Assembly: GCA_030704615.1 (NCBI GenBank)
Contig: CM060732.1
Span: 18,042,001-18,106,000 of the forward strand
DNA from: Takakia lepidozioides
Taxonomy: Eukaryota > Plantae > Bryophyta
DNA length: 64,000 nt
Reading direction: 5' to 3'
Positions 24,401-37,984 of the stretch are shown here, one piece after another. The position numbers were made by a program, and so were the translations under genes. Numbering within the stretch: position 1 is the first letter of the stretch; every line of letters starts with the position of its first letter. Under the pieces are notes generated by a model. The model searched no databases, was not told the origin of the DNA, and worked only from the letters and a program-made list of their open reading frames with translations.

Positions 24401-24719
24401 TTGGAAGAAAAAAGAGCTTGGTCTCAAAATGTAGGGTTTATAAAGGGAGGGAGAGAGACTTCCTTGTTCTACCAAGACACCGCCATTCATCAAAGATCCA
24501 GAGGAGGGCTCCTAGGGAAACGTCATAAGCATGCAGGTGGTACCTCCGCCATCACTGCCGCGGTTCCCTTGTGCAGCAAAAAAACAGACAACTAAGAGAG
24601 TGAATCTTCCCTCATCTCTAAGCCACCGCCATTGCCTTAAAGAGCCCGCCTAGGCGGCGCTCGCAGGAGCCATAAACACTCAAGGATTGGCAGCTCAAGG
24701 TATCTGCAGCACGAGCACC

Positions 24720-25500
24720 ATTGCTCCTCCCCTGCCAACATTATATTCCACGTGATCAAAGATCGTTGAGGCATTCTGTGTTGAACACTTGATGATCATC
24801 CATGATGCTCCCCTTAACATACATGTTGACAAGGTTGTTGAGTAGAAAAACGTTCGGCGTGAATCCACTTTGGACAATGTGAGTGTGCACCTACTTTCCA
24901 ACTTCTAGGCCTTTCATCTTGATGCACTTATGCAAGAGACACACATACGTATCTACATCTGCTGAAATGCCTCTTTGGTTTAAAGTTTGTAGAGCCTCTT
25001 TCAGTCTGCCTGCCTCATAAAGCATCTTCACATGCCCATAAGTGCCAGAAGAGGCATTGTGGACTCCTTCGCTTGATCCTCTTCCAGAAACTGTGGTCAT
25101 GGTTGAGGTGCCTAATTTTATCAACTGTGCCGCTACAGCTGCCGCTTCCAGCTAACCATCTACCCATGGAGGTTTCTTGTAGCTATCATTCCACAAGGAT
25201 CCATAGGTAATCTGGAGCTTGAAATCCGACCCTCTTGGATGAATATGGACCCACACTCTATCCTGCTCCTTCAGCTATCACTACCTCTGCACAAATCATG
25301 CGTACATCCTTGCCTTGCTGCCAATGCGGTCATCGCACTCCACGACACCACATCTCGTTGAGCCACAGTCGAACACTACCTTTGCATCTTCAATGCTCCT
25401 GCATTCGGCATACATGTCCACCAGGGCGGTGTAGAATGACAAACCCTACAATTCCAGCTTTCACGATGTCACCATGGACCTTCCTTGTCACTTCCAAGTA
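24720..25500 (-). pseudogene. PPR gene N-terminal relic plus a further PPR fragment
   Basis: HVKMLYEAGRLKEALQTLNQRGISADVDTYVCLLHKC; paralogous to 21720-22100 and 40920-41250. Confidence 0.8.
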
Positions 25501-26270
25501 GAGGCAGTACATATTAAAATATGCAAGCCCCCAAGGCCAGATTTTGTTTGCCTGTTCTTGTGAAACACACGTCAGCAAATGTGGCCCCCAATCACGGGTG
25601 CAATCAATGCGCAGTGGTTCATGGAGTCGTTGAGTCGACTACATATTCACTTTTAATGAATAAATATTTTTATTTCATTAATCGAATTATGAACCCTAAT
25701 TTCTAGTCGCATGTGAAGTAATTAAAACCACTTGTAATTTCCGCTTTTTCAAATTTTATGTATTTACGTAATTAATTAAATAGCCTAGATTTTTGCTACG
25801 ACTCCGGAGTCGTTGACCCCACTTCTGCCCGCCGTTTGAAATGCCCCCGTGGGCCCACATTGTCCGTTTCAACTCTCCAGTAGTCCCGCTTACTGCCAAG
25901 TGGTTCCCGGAGTGGTTAGCGGACACCTAGTCGATTCGGAAAAGACACGAATGCTTCTAGTGTATGTTCCTCCTGATATGATTGACACTTGGGATTTGGT
26001 TCAATTTGATGTTGGTTGAGTTTACTACCTAAGTTTTGGTATGGATTCAAGGCTGGCAATCTGCAGACGGCTCTGGTTCTCTCCCTTACCTTAGAACTGT
26101 TCATCTTTTCTGGCATCTACACTGGTTTGTCTCCTGACCAAGGGACTGAGCTGCTCTCTACAACCTGCTTGCTTTCTCATAGGCAGCCATCTGAAAAAGA
26201 AGTCGGGAATTATGAGAGGAAGATAACGGAGGCGGACACTTCCTTCTCACCTGCACTAACTTACTGATGT

Positions 26271-27420
26271 GTGGCCATGAGTGATGTAGGCATGGATGAT
26301 CTATTGTACGATGCTCTTCTCCACAGGTGCAAAGCCGGCACCCACCTTGGTGGCATATCCAAGTTGCTCATGAGGCAAGTTAACCTTCACTTATCCTACC
26401 ATCGGAAAAGTGAAGGGAGATTGTTCAGAGTGAACGCTTTGGAAGGTACCTCTGCTGTGGAAGTCCCTTCTAGGTCCGCTGTCCCTGCTTTAATATAATT
26501 GTACCATGCTTCCACTTATGCTGGCCATTTGGGAGTTACCAAAACTGTCAAAAGACTGCAGGAGCAGTATCACTGGAAAGGCTTAGTTAAAGATGTTTCA
26601 GCTTTCATCGCAAGGTGTGTACCCTGTCATGCCAAGACCATCCTACCTAGGACCGAAGCGCCCTTACCTTTGCAACCAATCCCTGTGACTGAACCATTCA
26701 CCAGGGTTGGTTTAGATCTTGTTGGACCTCTTAAATCCACGTCCAAGGGCCATGCATACCTACGGATTACCTGATGAAATGGGTTGAGCTCCGACCTCTA
26801 GTTGCTAAGGATAGTGATGAGGTGGTACAGTTCTTCTTTGATAAGGTGATCCTTCATCATTGTTGCCCTCTTGAGATCCTCACGGATCAAGGTACAGAAT
26901 TTTGTAACCAACTTATGGAGATTGTCTTGTTTAATCTCAACATTAAGCATGCAGTTACTGCTCCATATAATCCCCAATGCAATGGTTTGACAGAATGATT
27001 TAACAAAACTATGTGCCAGATGCTAGAAAAGAATGGATCTCTCATTGATGAATGGGATATTGTCGTGCCTATTCTGCTATTTGCCTATCGGACTTCTATC
27101 CATGCCAGTACCAAGATCTCTCCTTTTGAACTTTTGTATGGTAGAAGAATTCCCTTGCATATTTCTTGGCTGCAGGTCTCAGCTACTGAACCTGAGAATT
27201 GGGAAGAGTTTTTACTTTCCATGCTAAATGTCGTCGTTCGCGAGAAACAACCAAGTCTAACATTGTTTTTGCTCAGGCTTCACAGGCGAAGAATTATAAC
27301 CGGCGGGTTGTGTATTCTGAGGCTTTCAAGGTAGGCAGTCTGTTTGTGTAAGGCTCCACCAGCCTGGTAAGCAGGTATCTAAAGCTAAGCGGCGGATTGA
27401 TGGACCTTACCTGATTTTTC
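26271..27420 (+). mobile_element. Degenerate gypsy-type integrase from a third family
   Basis: Motifs AGHLG...CVPC, RVGLDLVGP, EILTDQGTEF, YNPQCNGLTE and SPFELLYGR, broken by stops and frameshifts. Confidence 0.85.
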
Positions 27421-28962
27421 TGGCAGGCAGTATGTGTTGCTTCCTCAACATGCCTCCACTCCTCAACTAGCTAGCGCTGTTCATGTTTCATTGCTTGTTC
27501 CATGTACGCTTACTTTTGATCTAACCTATTTGAATGTTGAGAACCGATTTTCACACCTACAGCTCGAACAACTCGTGCTCAGGCCATGACATCTTCCCCT
27601 GTAGAGTAGTTTTGAATTTCGTGCTAGTTTTCTACACCGATTGTAGCACTTGGGGTTTTTCCTAGGGGATGTTTTGTCCTTAGCCCAGCTTGCAGGGCAA
27701 GGTTTTCTTCCCCTAGGTTTTTTCATCCCTTGTGCACCGGATGTTTAGCTTGTTCAGGCTAGCTTTGTCTTCATTCTTCTCAGCTCACAAGAGCTCGCAA
27801 TTTGTAGAGGCCCCAGCATGCTTCACATATGTGGAGCTGGGATTCCGCCCCACCTGCTTATTCGGCTTGGATGAATGGAGGGAGGATGCACTCTGGATGA
27901 AGGAGAGATGGACGTAGCTAGGATGTAGTCTGGATGAACTTACGCTTTGTGCATGAGGATGAGTTGGCAACACCTTATGGCTTTATTATACGCTGTCTTC
28001 TTCTAACAGCTAGTTTAGGATTAGATTAGGATGGAACTGGGTGATGTTGCTTCTTTCTATGGCTATGCTGGAACGACATCTGGCTGGCCTGTGTGTAAGT
28101 GCCACGCGGCACGAGGATTAGATTGTGACCTAATGCTATTTAAGCTACACTGCCGTGGCAGTGGGGTTAGACAGTTAAGTCCTCTTCGTGAGATTCCGTC
28201 TTCTCTGCCAGGCTCCTCTGCCGACTACATTCCCCTTGACAACACTAAACCGGGAGAGGAAGGGGAATAACCCCTTGGCGCGAGAATCCTGCTTCACAAG
28301 GTGGAACATTTTATAGAGAGATACTACAAGGGATCTAAGCTAGTGATTACATAGTATGGTTTTCCAAGATTAGTGTTAATGGAGCTGCGGCATGGGAACC
28401 ATCCAATTCTGTAGTTGTAACTTCTAACATATGATCTTGTACTTCTTACTACGGAAAATAATGTCTTGGCACATCAATTTGGCTTGTGGTGGATTTCAAG
28501 TTTCCTTGGTGCCTTGTAAAATTTGTCACAGTATTTGGTTTCCAATTATTGATAGAATGTCAGTATTGCTTTCAAACTTTATCTATACATGTTGTTGAAA
28601 TTCTCTTGATAACTCACCCAGGACTTAATCCATTTGCAGGCTTGGTATCCATCTTGACACCACTGATGTCCAACATGTGTTTTCTCATGCCCGTACAAGC
28701 GCATATTCTCCCCAAAATCTGACTCGAAACCCAACTTGGAAACCAGCCCCAACTTGGAAACCAAAGGTTTTACAGTCCTTCCGCCAAGTTCCAAAGCCGT
28801 GACGAGTACTCCTCTACCATGGACACAACAGGCAGGGATGGCAAGCTTGGAGGTATCCTCACAGCCATCCAAACAAAGCTTAATATTACAAGTCACCAAA
28901 GACCAAGCCTACTGGAAGGTGAACATGACCAACAAACTGCTTGCGCATATTGTGCAAATCCC

Positions 28963-31480
28963 TCAGACAGCTGGTTTGATGTCTTCTTCTGTAGGATTGC
29001 GCTTGTACTCAGGTTTGAGCTCGTAAGTGCCTTGGTTAGCACCCCTCTTGTTGTACACACACAGGTCATTCAATACCTCCTTCAGAAAGGCCTGCATTTC
29101 CAACAAAGCAATCCCTACTGTCATGCCCGTGTTCCAATGACAGGAAGATTTTTTTAACAGACATCCATAGAGAGAGTCAGCTGTAGCAACATGTCAAACC
29201 ATTGGTCTATCCTGAGCACATGAAAACAGTTAAGTACCCTGGATTCAAATTGACGTTACTAGTCGTGATCTGAGAGTAACTTGCTCAAAGCCGAATGCGT
29301 TACAAGAGTAAAGAAGTGGACGACAACAATTCTTTAAGCTGTGAATAGCTTCAAGAAAATGAAACATACCACCGGCTGGTCTGTTTCTTGCACAAGCTGC
29401 TTCAAAGCCCAGTTGGTCTGACGCTCAAACAACTTAAACACAATGTCCTCCAACTCTCCCCGCTCCCTACGTATCCTCTTTCCCTCCGGTGCCTTTGCAG
29501 GGCCTGAGAACCCCTTCTTCTTGTCCTGGCCACAAGCCAACTCAGAAGTTTCACACAACAAGGGTGATTCTCTTTCTCTCTCCCCCCACCCCCCGGCTCT
29601 CCCTATCCACCCCAGAAGAAAATCCTTCATTCCCAGGAGTGGAAGAATGGAGGTAAGGATGATTTTTCAAACTTGTCAAACCTAATTGGAGATAATCAAT
29701 ACGCTGTTGAACAACCTAGTGACGATAGCAAAATTCCCAGGCACCAGATCGCAACAAGCTGTACAGCACTTTACCTTGGGTGCCGAGACAGGCCAGACAG
29801 CCATGGGTAGGGGTCTCATGTGGACTCCCCGATCATTCTGCAACACCTGTTGCCCAAATGCCGACATGAACCCTCACTTCCAGCTTAGTAATAGGTCTAA
29901 CCGCAGACGGACGTAACATGTATTGAGAATTAACCTGAAATATTGGAGTTTCTCCAACTCTTGTGGCATCATTTCATTGAAATCAGGGAAAATTTTCCAA
30001 AACCCATGGACTTCTTACTGATGCCTTACAGATGAATTTCAGTCGTGGCTGAACGAAGTAAAATAATTCTCACTTTTATTAGGTTGCTTGAAACACAGAA
30101 GGAAACGACAAGAGAACAGGTAGTGTGAAGAGTGAACCTGTAAAGTTCGGGTTTTGAGCATGGACTTGTTTAGGCGGTCGCGGCAAAGCTTACGATACTC
30201 ATCGTTACCCATTCCCATGTTGTTGGGTTTCATGTCAAACTTATGCTCCACTTTACCTTCCACAGCCACCCTTCCTGCGACATATTGCAATGTGGATCAC
30301 CCAAAGGGCCTGCAGCAACAAGATTAACCAAACCTGGACAATTTCAATAGAGCTGGCATTCCACCCGACTCGACCCTAACCCTCATACACAACCCCAAAA
30401 GATCTTTCGACCTCTTACCATCTGCAGCAACTTCCCGGTGATTAGGCCAAAAACTAAGTACAACAGTTTTAAAGCCATGCCACCCCTGCTCGACCCTAAC
30501 CCTCATACACAACCCTAAAAGAACTTTCTAACTCTTACCATCTGCAGCGGCTTCCCAGTGATGAGGCCAAAAACTAAGTACAACAGTTTTAAAGCCTCCA
30601 CTCCCACTTCTTGTATATTCCTACATAGTGGCTACTACGTGGGAAGAGCATCCCAGAAAAGAAAATGGAAGAGGCACTGCTGCAAGCCTAATCTGCAAAG
30701 ACTTTGCAAACTTCTAAACGTCAACGAAGAACTCCATTCCATTCGCTGTATACATCCCATAACCCACTTCAACTCAGAAACTGAACCAAAAATTTGCATG
30801 TACCAACAATGCAAACACCCCAGAAACATGGGTAAAAGGTTTTTACTCAGTGCGGGCAATGCACAGGATTAAAAATAGTTGATAATTTCAGCTAGTACCT
30901 TTGTTGAAAGCCCAGATTGGCAAAATCTATCCTACACTAGAGTTTGTGGAACAGATGTGAGGAGAGTGAGAGTCATACCCTGGGGAGTCTCAGAGAAAAT
31001 ATGCATGGGAACGAAATCTTTGGTGGTGTTGAGAGTGTATGCGTTTGGTTTTTCTGATGCTTCCCTTGCCATTAACTCCATTGTGAACTGAAAGAAGCAC
31101 TCTCACTTTATTCATGACAGGCTCAACCCCATCCACACACCAAAAAAACGAATTAAACGAACGTTCCTGCTCTCTCCCCCAGATACATAATACCGAATGG
31201 TCATTCTAATTCTCTTCAATCCATAACTTTGCTGGAGCTCATGAATGCTCTCATTCTCTCTCTTCCTGAGAACACACGCGTGATGGGCAAACCCAACGAG
31301 AAAGACAAACGAAGAAGACCAAACCCTTGATTATCATCACGTCACTGAGTACAGCAAAGTTTCAGAATCTAGTCTTGATACAAGATGGACATCATACTCG
31401 AAAGCATGCTCTAGATACGCAGTACTGCATCCCGAGGTGCCTGAGGCTTCACAATACCAGGATAGGTAAGGGTACATGCC

Positions 31481-31513
<33 letters not shown>

Positions 31514-31717
31514 TCACACCTGATGAGTAGAAGGTTCCGGATTTAAGGGATCCAATGAGACGGATACCTTCGCCAGCGCCAGGGCACCATCATGCTGCAG
31601 CTGCTGCCAGGAGTTGGCCACCAGGTTGGGCACTTTGAGCAACCAAACGTGGCGCTCCCCCCTTCCTGTTTCCAACGGCGCTGCGCCCGCCCCTGTCTCG
31701 TCCCCAGTGCCTGCCAT
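28963..31717 (-). CDS. GTF2F2: General transcription factor IIF beta subunit (RAP30); 6 exons, 266 aa, intact
   Basis: Exons 31717-31520, 31087-30979, 30274-30138, 29846-29775, 29525-29370 and 29091-28963. All introns are GT-AG and phases are consistent (801 nt). Motifs: VWLLKVP, VEGKVEHKFDMKP, FKLFERQTNWALKQLVQETDQPVAFLKEVLNDLC, YELKPEYK. Confidence 0.95.
30369..30596. repeat. 120-bp tandem duplication in TFIIF intron 2
   Basis: CTCGACCCTAACCCTCATACACAACCC...GTTTTAAAGCC occurs at ~30369 and ~30489. Confidence 0.85.
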
Positions 31718-32351
31718 ATACAATCTATCTCGTCTGCCCTTTGTGTCAATCTCCGTTTTATGTCTTTCTCCTTCTTCCTCTTCTGTGTCACTTCCACAGA
31801 AACCCCAGAAAACCTTATTGACCTAACCACTCTACCCACGTCTCACCTCTCCTCTTTCTCTTTTGTGGCTACTTCCTCGTAGAAAACTTCTCCCCAAAAA
31901 CCCAATCTGCTTTGCATCTCCTTTCTCGACCTCTGCGTCTTGCGCAGATCTGCGAGACACAAAGCTGCAAACTCTCCTCGCTCTTCATAAGCAGCTGCAG
32001 AGTCTCGGCAACTATATACGTTCTCCAAACGAAAGAACTCGCTGATCCTCGCCCTTCAACGTACATAAACGGACGGTCCAGGAATATGTCCACATGCAGT
32101 CGCCACTAGCCACTCATGTCGATTTGATTGCAGTACAATTTTAAAGTATTAAAGTATTAAAGTAATATGTACATAATAATGCTATTAAAAAAAAAACAAA
32201 AAAACTATCCACGATTGCAATACACGATATTTCATAAGATTGTATTTATCGTCATCTTCCGTCCCTGTGAGCGACGGTCGCTTCGCTGCGCTGCAGGTGT
32301 GAGTGAGAAAAAAAGAGAGAGAGAGAGAGAGAGAGAGTGTGTGTGTGTGTG

Positions 32352-33556
32352 TGTTACATAGCATGTCAAAGCTAGACAAGGAAACACTAAGCACATTGTG
32401 CTATGTTTGCCTTCTTTTAACGACATCAGACAGCCTAATTTAGGCACCATCAAACTGTCTCTACCCAGATCTGCCTCCATACCTCCCTTTACATTATACC
32501 CTTACAGGAAAATCAGGTTTAAGGTCTACTAAGTGGCAATCACATGTACACTAGGTAGGGCCTTCTCATAAACAGATCTACCTCCTCACTTTCATATCAT
32601 AGGAAGCAACAGTATGTAGGAAGAGCACAAGTGTCTCCTTACAAGTAACTCCTTTCCATGTAGGTACCAACTCATAGATCCATCAAACCAATAGAGCAAA
32701 AACAGCAGTAGTATGTGTACAATCAACACATACAAACAGATTTGAGGTTTGAGAGAGCTCAAAGCTTCACTCCCTTAGTCTCTTGCTTTTAGTAGCATTT
32801 CCTGCAACAAAAGAAGGCGAAGTGGCATCACTTGGATCCATCACAGCAACCAACCAACCAACAGGTTAGTGATCCCTGTGGAACCCCAGGCTTAAACCCC
32901 TTCACATTTGTTATCAATGTCATCCCTGCAACAGATCATACTAGCAAAGAGAGGAGAGGTAAGAGAAGTCCTTTCTCATTCAACATACATACAGAACTCA
33001 GTAGCACCTATTTCAGCCCATGCTCCAGAGGGAGGGGGGATGGTCTCATGTCTGTAAGCACCCATTCCCAAAAGGAAGGTGTCACTAGAGCCAAGTACTC
33101 AGCAAGGGGACACATAGAGGCCTTTGTTTGCAAAAGTATTCAAAGAATCATAGTAGAGCTAATCATGTCCATGTAAGTAAACATGACAACAAGCACATAT
33201 TCCCAAAAGGAAGACCAAGTACTCAAGCAAGGGCATATATAGAAGCCCTTGGTTTTGTAAAAGTATTCCTAGATTCAGAGTAGAGCTTAGTCAAGTCCAT
33301 GTAAGTTCCTCATAGTGTCAACTCTCTTTATGTTGCCATCCTAAGCAGCCCATCACAGTGTTGGAGGAGTCTGAATGGATACCTTGCTTGTAGACATAGT
33401 GTAGTCAGCTCCTTCAGCTCTTGCCTGCTCCTCTTCCAAATGAGAAGAGTGGCCAAGCATACTAACCATATAGGGCAGCAACTTTAGGTTGAGACCTCTA
33501 GGGTGAACCCTAATGAGTCACCCTCATGAGTCATCCCGTTCTACAATCCCCCATTC
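32352..33556 (-). mobile_element. Probable 3' LTR (~1.19 kb) with adjacent polypurine tract
   Basis: The minus strand reads GAATGGGGGAT then TGTAGAAC...ATGTAACA (TG..CA). It abuts a (GA)n(GT)n microsatellite and has an internal duplication at ~33060-33305. Confidence 0.55.
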
Positions 33557-33913
33557 CGTTCTAGACAAAAAAATCTGAACGGAATAACGGGATCAGGCAA
33601 TTCTTGAATGTTGTCTAAAAAGATCTTAGCAACATTAAGGAGAGAAAGAGACAGAAAAAATTCCTCAAGCCTCTTATTTTCAGGTTTCCTAATGCTGATA
33701 CGAGACATTGACTACAGTAGAGCAGCCAAGAGAGCAATGTACATTGACCGGATCATGTAGAAGGTGTACACATATACTCTATTATGTTGTTGCTACAGGG
33801 CCTAGCACAAGATATCATGTATTAGTTTGCCATCCAATGTCCCTATATGTTCAAGGCTGGAGAAAGAGTCAAAGGGATCAGGCAGTTCTTGAGTGTTTTC
33901 CACATTCAAGTAT

Positions 33914-33953
<40 letters not shown>

Positions 33954-33954
<1 letters not shown>

Positions 33955-34068
33955 AAAAATACCCTCAAATATGTATATGTATGTTTTTATATTATATCAA
34001 GTTTATTCATTAAAAAACAGAATAAAATCCAATAAATTAATTAAAAATATATCTATTTGCCCTTGATA
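33954..34068. repeat. AT-rich ~115-bp dispersed repeat, copy 1
   Basis: Near-identical to 39617-39731. Confidence 0.8.
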
Positions 34069-34589
34069 AGATTGTCAAAGACTTTCCGCTCATTGTAATT
34101 GTGTTTTCCTCCAACACCACATATCTTCCATAATACTAATAAGTTAAGCCAACTTATAGAGTAGTTTTTAAGCTACCTACCATGCTGATTAAATACTAAA
34201 TAGTACGATGGTTTCAGTTCTGAATCAGAATGTATTGTTCAAGACATCTTATCTCCAAGAGTCTGGGGTTTTCAGATGTATAATGTTATTTTTGGATTAA
34301 CCACCAAATGGTACAATGTATACTCTTATCTATGGCTGGTGAACAGAACCATGCCAATATATTCTGTATACTTTAATGATAAAGAGCACTAAGAGTATGT
34401 GTTGCTCTGTCAATAAAACTCAAGGCTGGTACAGATGTAAGTTGCTTCGGGAAGTGAAAGCCTAAGTAATAAAGGGCATTGGGAATTGCAGAGTTCAACA
34501 TGGAATTTTAGGGCCAATTCTGATAAGAGAGAAGAACAGGGTGAAATGTATCCCTTAGTGATTTTCCTTCCCTAGATAATTTGGACTCT

Positions 34590-36590
34590 CAGAATGACAC
34601 AAAGTACAACAATTCCAGCTTTTGACAATGTCACCATGGACCTCTTCCCCCTTTTCCAGGTCTGCCCCACACACCCTTTGCATCCTCTACGCACCCGCAT
34701 TTGGCAGACCTGTCCACCAGGGCACTATTCATGATGACATAAGGTACAATTCCAGCTTTTGACAATGTCACCGTGGACCTCTTCCCCCTTTTCCAGGTCT
34801 GCCCAACACTCCCTTTGCATCCTCTACGCACCCGCATTTGGCAGACCTGTCCACCATGGCACTATTCAGAATGACATAAGGTACAATTCCAGCTTTTGAC
34901 AATGTCACCATGGACCTCTTCCCCCATTTCCAGGTCTGCCCCACACTCCCTTTGCATCCTCTACGCACCCGCATTTGGCAGACCTGTCCACCAGGGCACT
35001 GTTCAGATGACATAATGTACAATTCCAGCTTTTGATAATGTCACCATGGACCTCAGCTTCCCCCTTTCCAGGTCTGCCCAACACTCCCTTTGCATCCTCT
35101 ACGCACCCGCATTTGGCAGACTTGTCCACCAGGGCACTATTCAGAATGACATAAGGTACAATTCCAGCTTTTGACAATGTCACCGTGGACCTCTTCCCCC
35201 TTTTCCAGGTCTGCCCAACACTCCCTTTGCATCCTCTACGCACCCGCATTTGGCAGACCTGTCCACCAGGGCACTATTCAGAATGACATAAGGTACAATT
35301 CCAGCTTTTGACAATGTCACCATGGACCTCTTCCCCCATTTCCAGGTCTGCCCCACACTCCCTTTGCATCCTCTACGCACCCGCATTTGGCAGACCTGTC
35401 CACCAGGGCACTTTTCAGGATGACATAAGGTACAATTCCAGCTTTTGACAATGTCACCGTGGACCTCTTCCCCCTTTTCCAGGTCTGCCCAACACTCCCT
35501 TTGCATCCTCTACGCACCCGCATTTGGCAGACCTGTCCACCAGGGCACTATTCAGAATGACATAAGGTACAATTCCAGCTTTTGACAATGTCACCATGGA
35601 CCTCAGCTTCCCCCTTTCCAGGTCTGCCCCACACTCCCTTTGCATCTTCTACGCACCCGCATTTGGTAGACCTGTCCACCAGGGCACTGTTCAGATGACA
35701 TAATGTACAATTCCAGCTTTTGATAATGTCACCATGGACCTCAGCTTCCCCCTTTCCAGGTCTGCCCCACACTCCCTTTGCATCCTCTACGCACCCGCAT
35801 TTGGCAGACCTGTCCACCAGGGCACTATTCAGGATGACATAAGGTACAATTCCAGCTTTTGACAATGTCACCGTGGACCTCTTCCCCCATTTCCAGGTCT
35901 GCCCAACACTCCCTTTGCATCCTCTACGCACCCGCATTTGGCAGACCTGTCCACCAGGGCACTATTCAGAATGACATAAGGTACAACTCCAGCTTTTGAC
36001 AATGTCACCATGGACCTCAGCTTCCCCCTTTCCAGGTCTGCCCCACACTCCCTTTGCATCCTCTACGCACCCGCATTTGGCAGACCTGTCCACCAGGGCA
36101 CTATTCAAATAACATAAGGTACAATTCCAGCTTCTGACAATGTCACCATGGCTCTTCCCCATTTTCCAGGTCTGCCCAACACTCCATTTGCATCCTCTAC
36201 GCACCCGCATTTGGCAGACCTGTCCACCATGGCACTATTCAGAATGATATAGGTACAATTCCAGCTTTTGACAGTGTCACCATGGACCTCTTCCCCCTTT
36301 TCTAAGTCTGCCCCACACTCCATTTGCATCCTCTACGCACCCGCATTCGGCAGACCTGTCCACCAGGGCACTGTTCAGACATAAGGTATAATTCCAGCTT
36401 TTGACAATGTCACCATGGACCTCTTCCCCCTTTTCCAGGTTTTCCCCACACTCCCTTTGCATCCTCTATGCACCCGCATTTGGCAGACCTGTCCACCAGG
36501 GGGCACTATTCAGAATGACATAAGGTACATTAATTTCAGCTTTTGACAATGTCACCATGCACCTCTTCCCCCTTTTCCATGTCTGCCCAA
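34590..36590 (-). repeat. Minisatellite of ~15 x ~137-bp units derived from a PPR coding segment
   Basis: The anchor TCACC(A/G)TG recurs at 34631, 34768, 34905, 35041, 35180 ... 36552. The unit reads EKGEEVHGDIVK/AGIVPYVILNSALVDRSAKCGCVEDAKGV with an internal frameshift. Confidence 0.93.
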
Positions 36591-36724
36591 CAGTACTCCA
36601 TTTGAATGGACTCTATGCACCAACTTTCTGAATCTTGAGGCTGAGCCAAAGCTCAGCCCCTAAATCACCCTCTTTGCACTAGACTTAATTCAAACTCAGG
36701 GGGGGAACCCGACCTTTGCTCCAT

Positions 36725-37230
36725 CACTATGCTCCATGACACCACATTGCATACACAACCCCTTAGCTGCCCATCACTCCCTTTGCATCTTACACATACC
36801 CACATTTGACATACATGTCCGCCAGGGCAGCTTTCATAATGACATCTGATACAATCACTACAGCTTTGATGATGCCACCGTGGACCTCTTCTCCAATCTC
36901 CAGGGCTGCCAAGCTTGTACATGTGCTCAGAGGTCTCCAAAGCCTCCCTCCTCTGCCCTTGTAGCGCTTATAGCATGCCACCATCACGCTCTATGACACC
37001 ACATTCCGTTCAGCCATATTGCCCAACACCCCCTTTAATGCATCCTTCATGCACCCGCATTTGGCATACATGTCCACCACGGCACTGGTCAGATTGACAT
37101 CTGATACAATCCCAGCTTTGATGATGCCACCATGGACCTCTTCCTCATTTTCCAGGGCTGCCAGGATCGCACACGCATTGCAAAAACAAACGAATGTGAC
37201 TGGCCTGGGCTGGAAGAATACCAAATCATG
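36725..37230 (-). pseudogene. PPR gene fragment
   Basis: VTFVCFCNACAILAALENEEEVHGGIIKAGIVSDVNLTSAVVDMYAKCGCMKDA. Confidence 0.82.
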
Positions 37231-37984
37231 GTACTAACAGGAGGCAAGAGCCCGCATTTCCAGGATGGACAAACTTCTTCACATTGTACCTTAAGAAAAC
37301 GCCACACCTTGCGACTGCAGTTGTCCCACCATCGTGAAGGATCTTTAAAAATCTTTTGTCAGCTCTGCTCCGTGCTGCAAATTCAGGGGCGCCGAGTGTG
37401 ATGAGAGGGAAAAACAGGCTGAAATAGGTCGAAGAAGAAGGTGCCCTCACCACATTGTCCTTGACCTTGTGTTGTGACCCATGGAGGATTTGACCTCCCA
37501 TCAACCCCAAAATGATCTCTTATGTGTGCTGCTGATGGCTGTAGTCAGGTAATGTCGGATTGGTCTTTGAGAACCACCACAGTGCAGCTGAGCAAGCAGA
37601 GATTGAAACACGGCTTGCTAAGACCAAGCTGACCCTCCCAAGAACCTTGTAAACATCAAGAAGAATACCATGCCCTGCGGTCGACCACCCACCCATGAAC
37701 GCGGGAGAGGAGGGGAGAGGAGAGGAGGGAAAAGAGAGAGCAAAAAAAAGGATACCGCGATTTGATCCCGCCGTGCATCGCGGACTAAACAATGTCCTTA
37801 CCACTAGACTACCCCTTACAATTCAACAACCCCCTCCTGTAACATTATATTTAACGTGTTTTAAATCCCCCTATTTATGTATAATGTTGTACATGGGGGG
37901 GTTTAAAATACCCCCTCCTGTGCACGCACGTGGCTGGTACATATTGGCTAGAGTGCACCCCCCAGGGGACGAACATACCAATGT

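Noticed and set aside
23388-24434. 348-aa plus-strand ORF
   Set aside because: Antisense shadow of the tandem PPR repeats on the minus strand.
27530-28310. Possible LTR of the 26271-27420 integrase relic
   Set aside because: No convincing PPT, inverted termini or partner LTR could be identified.
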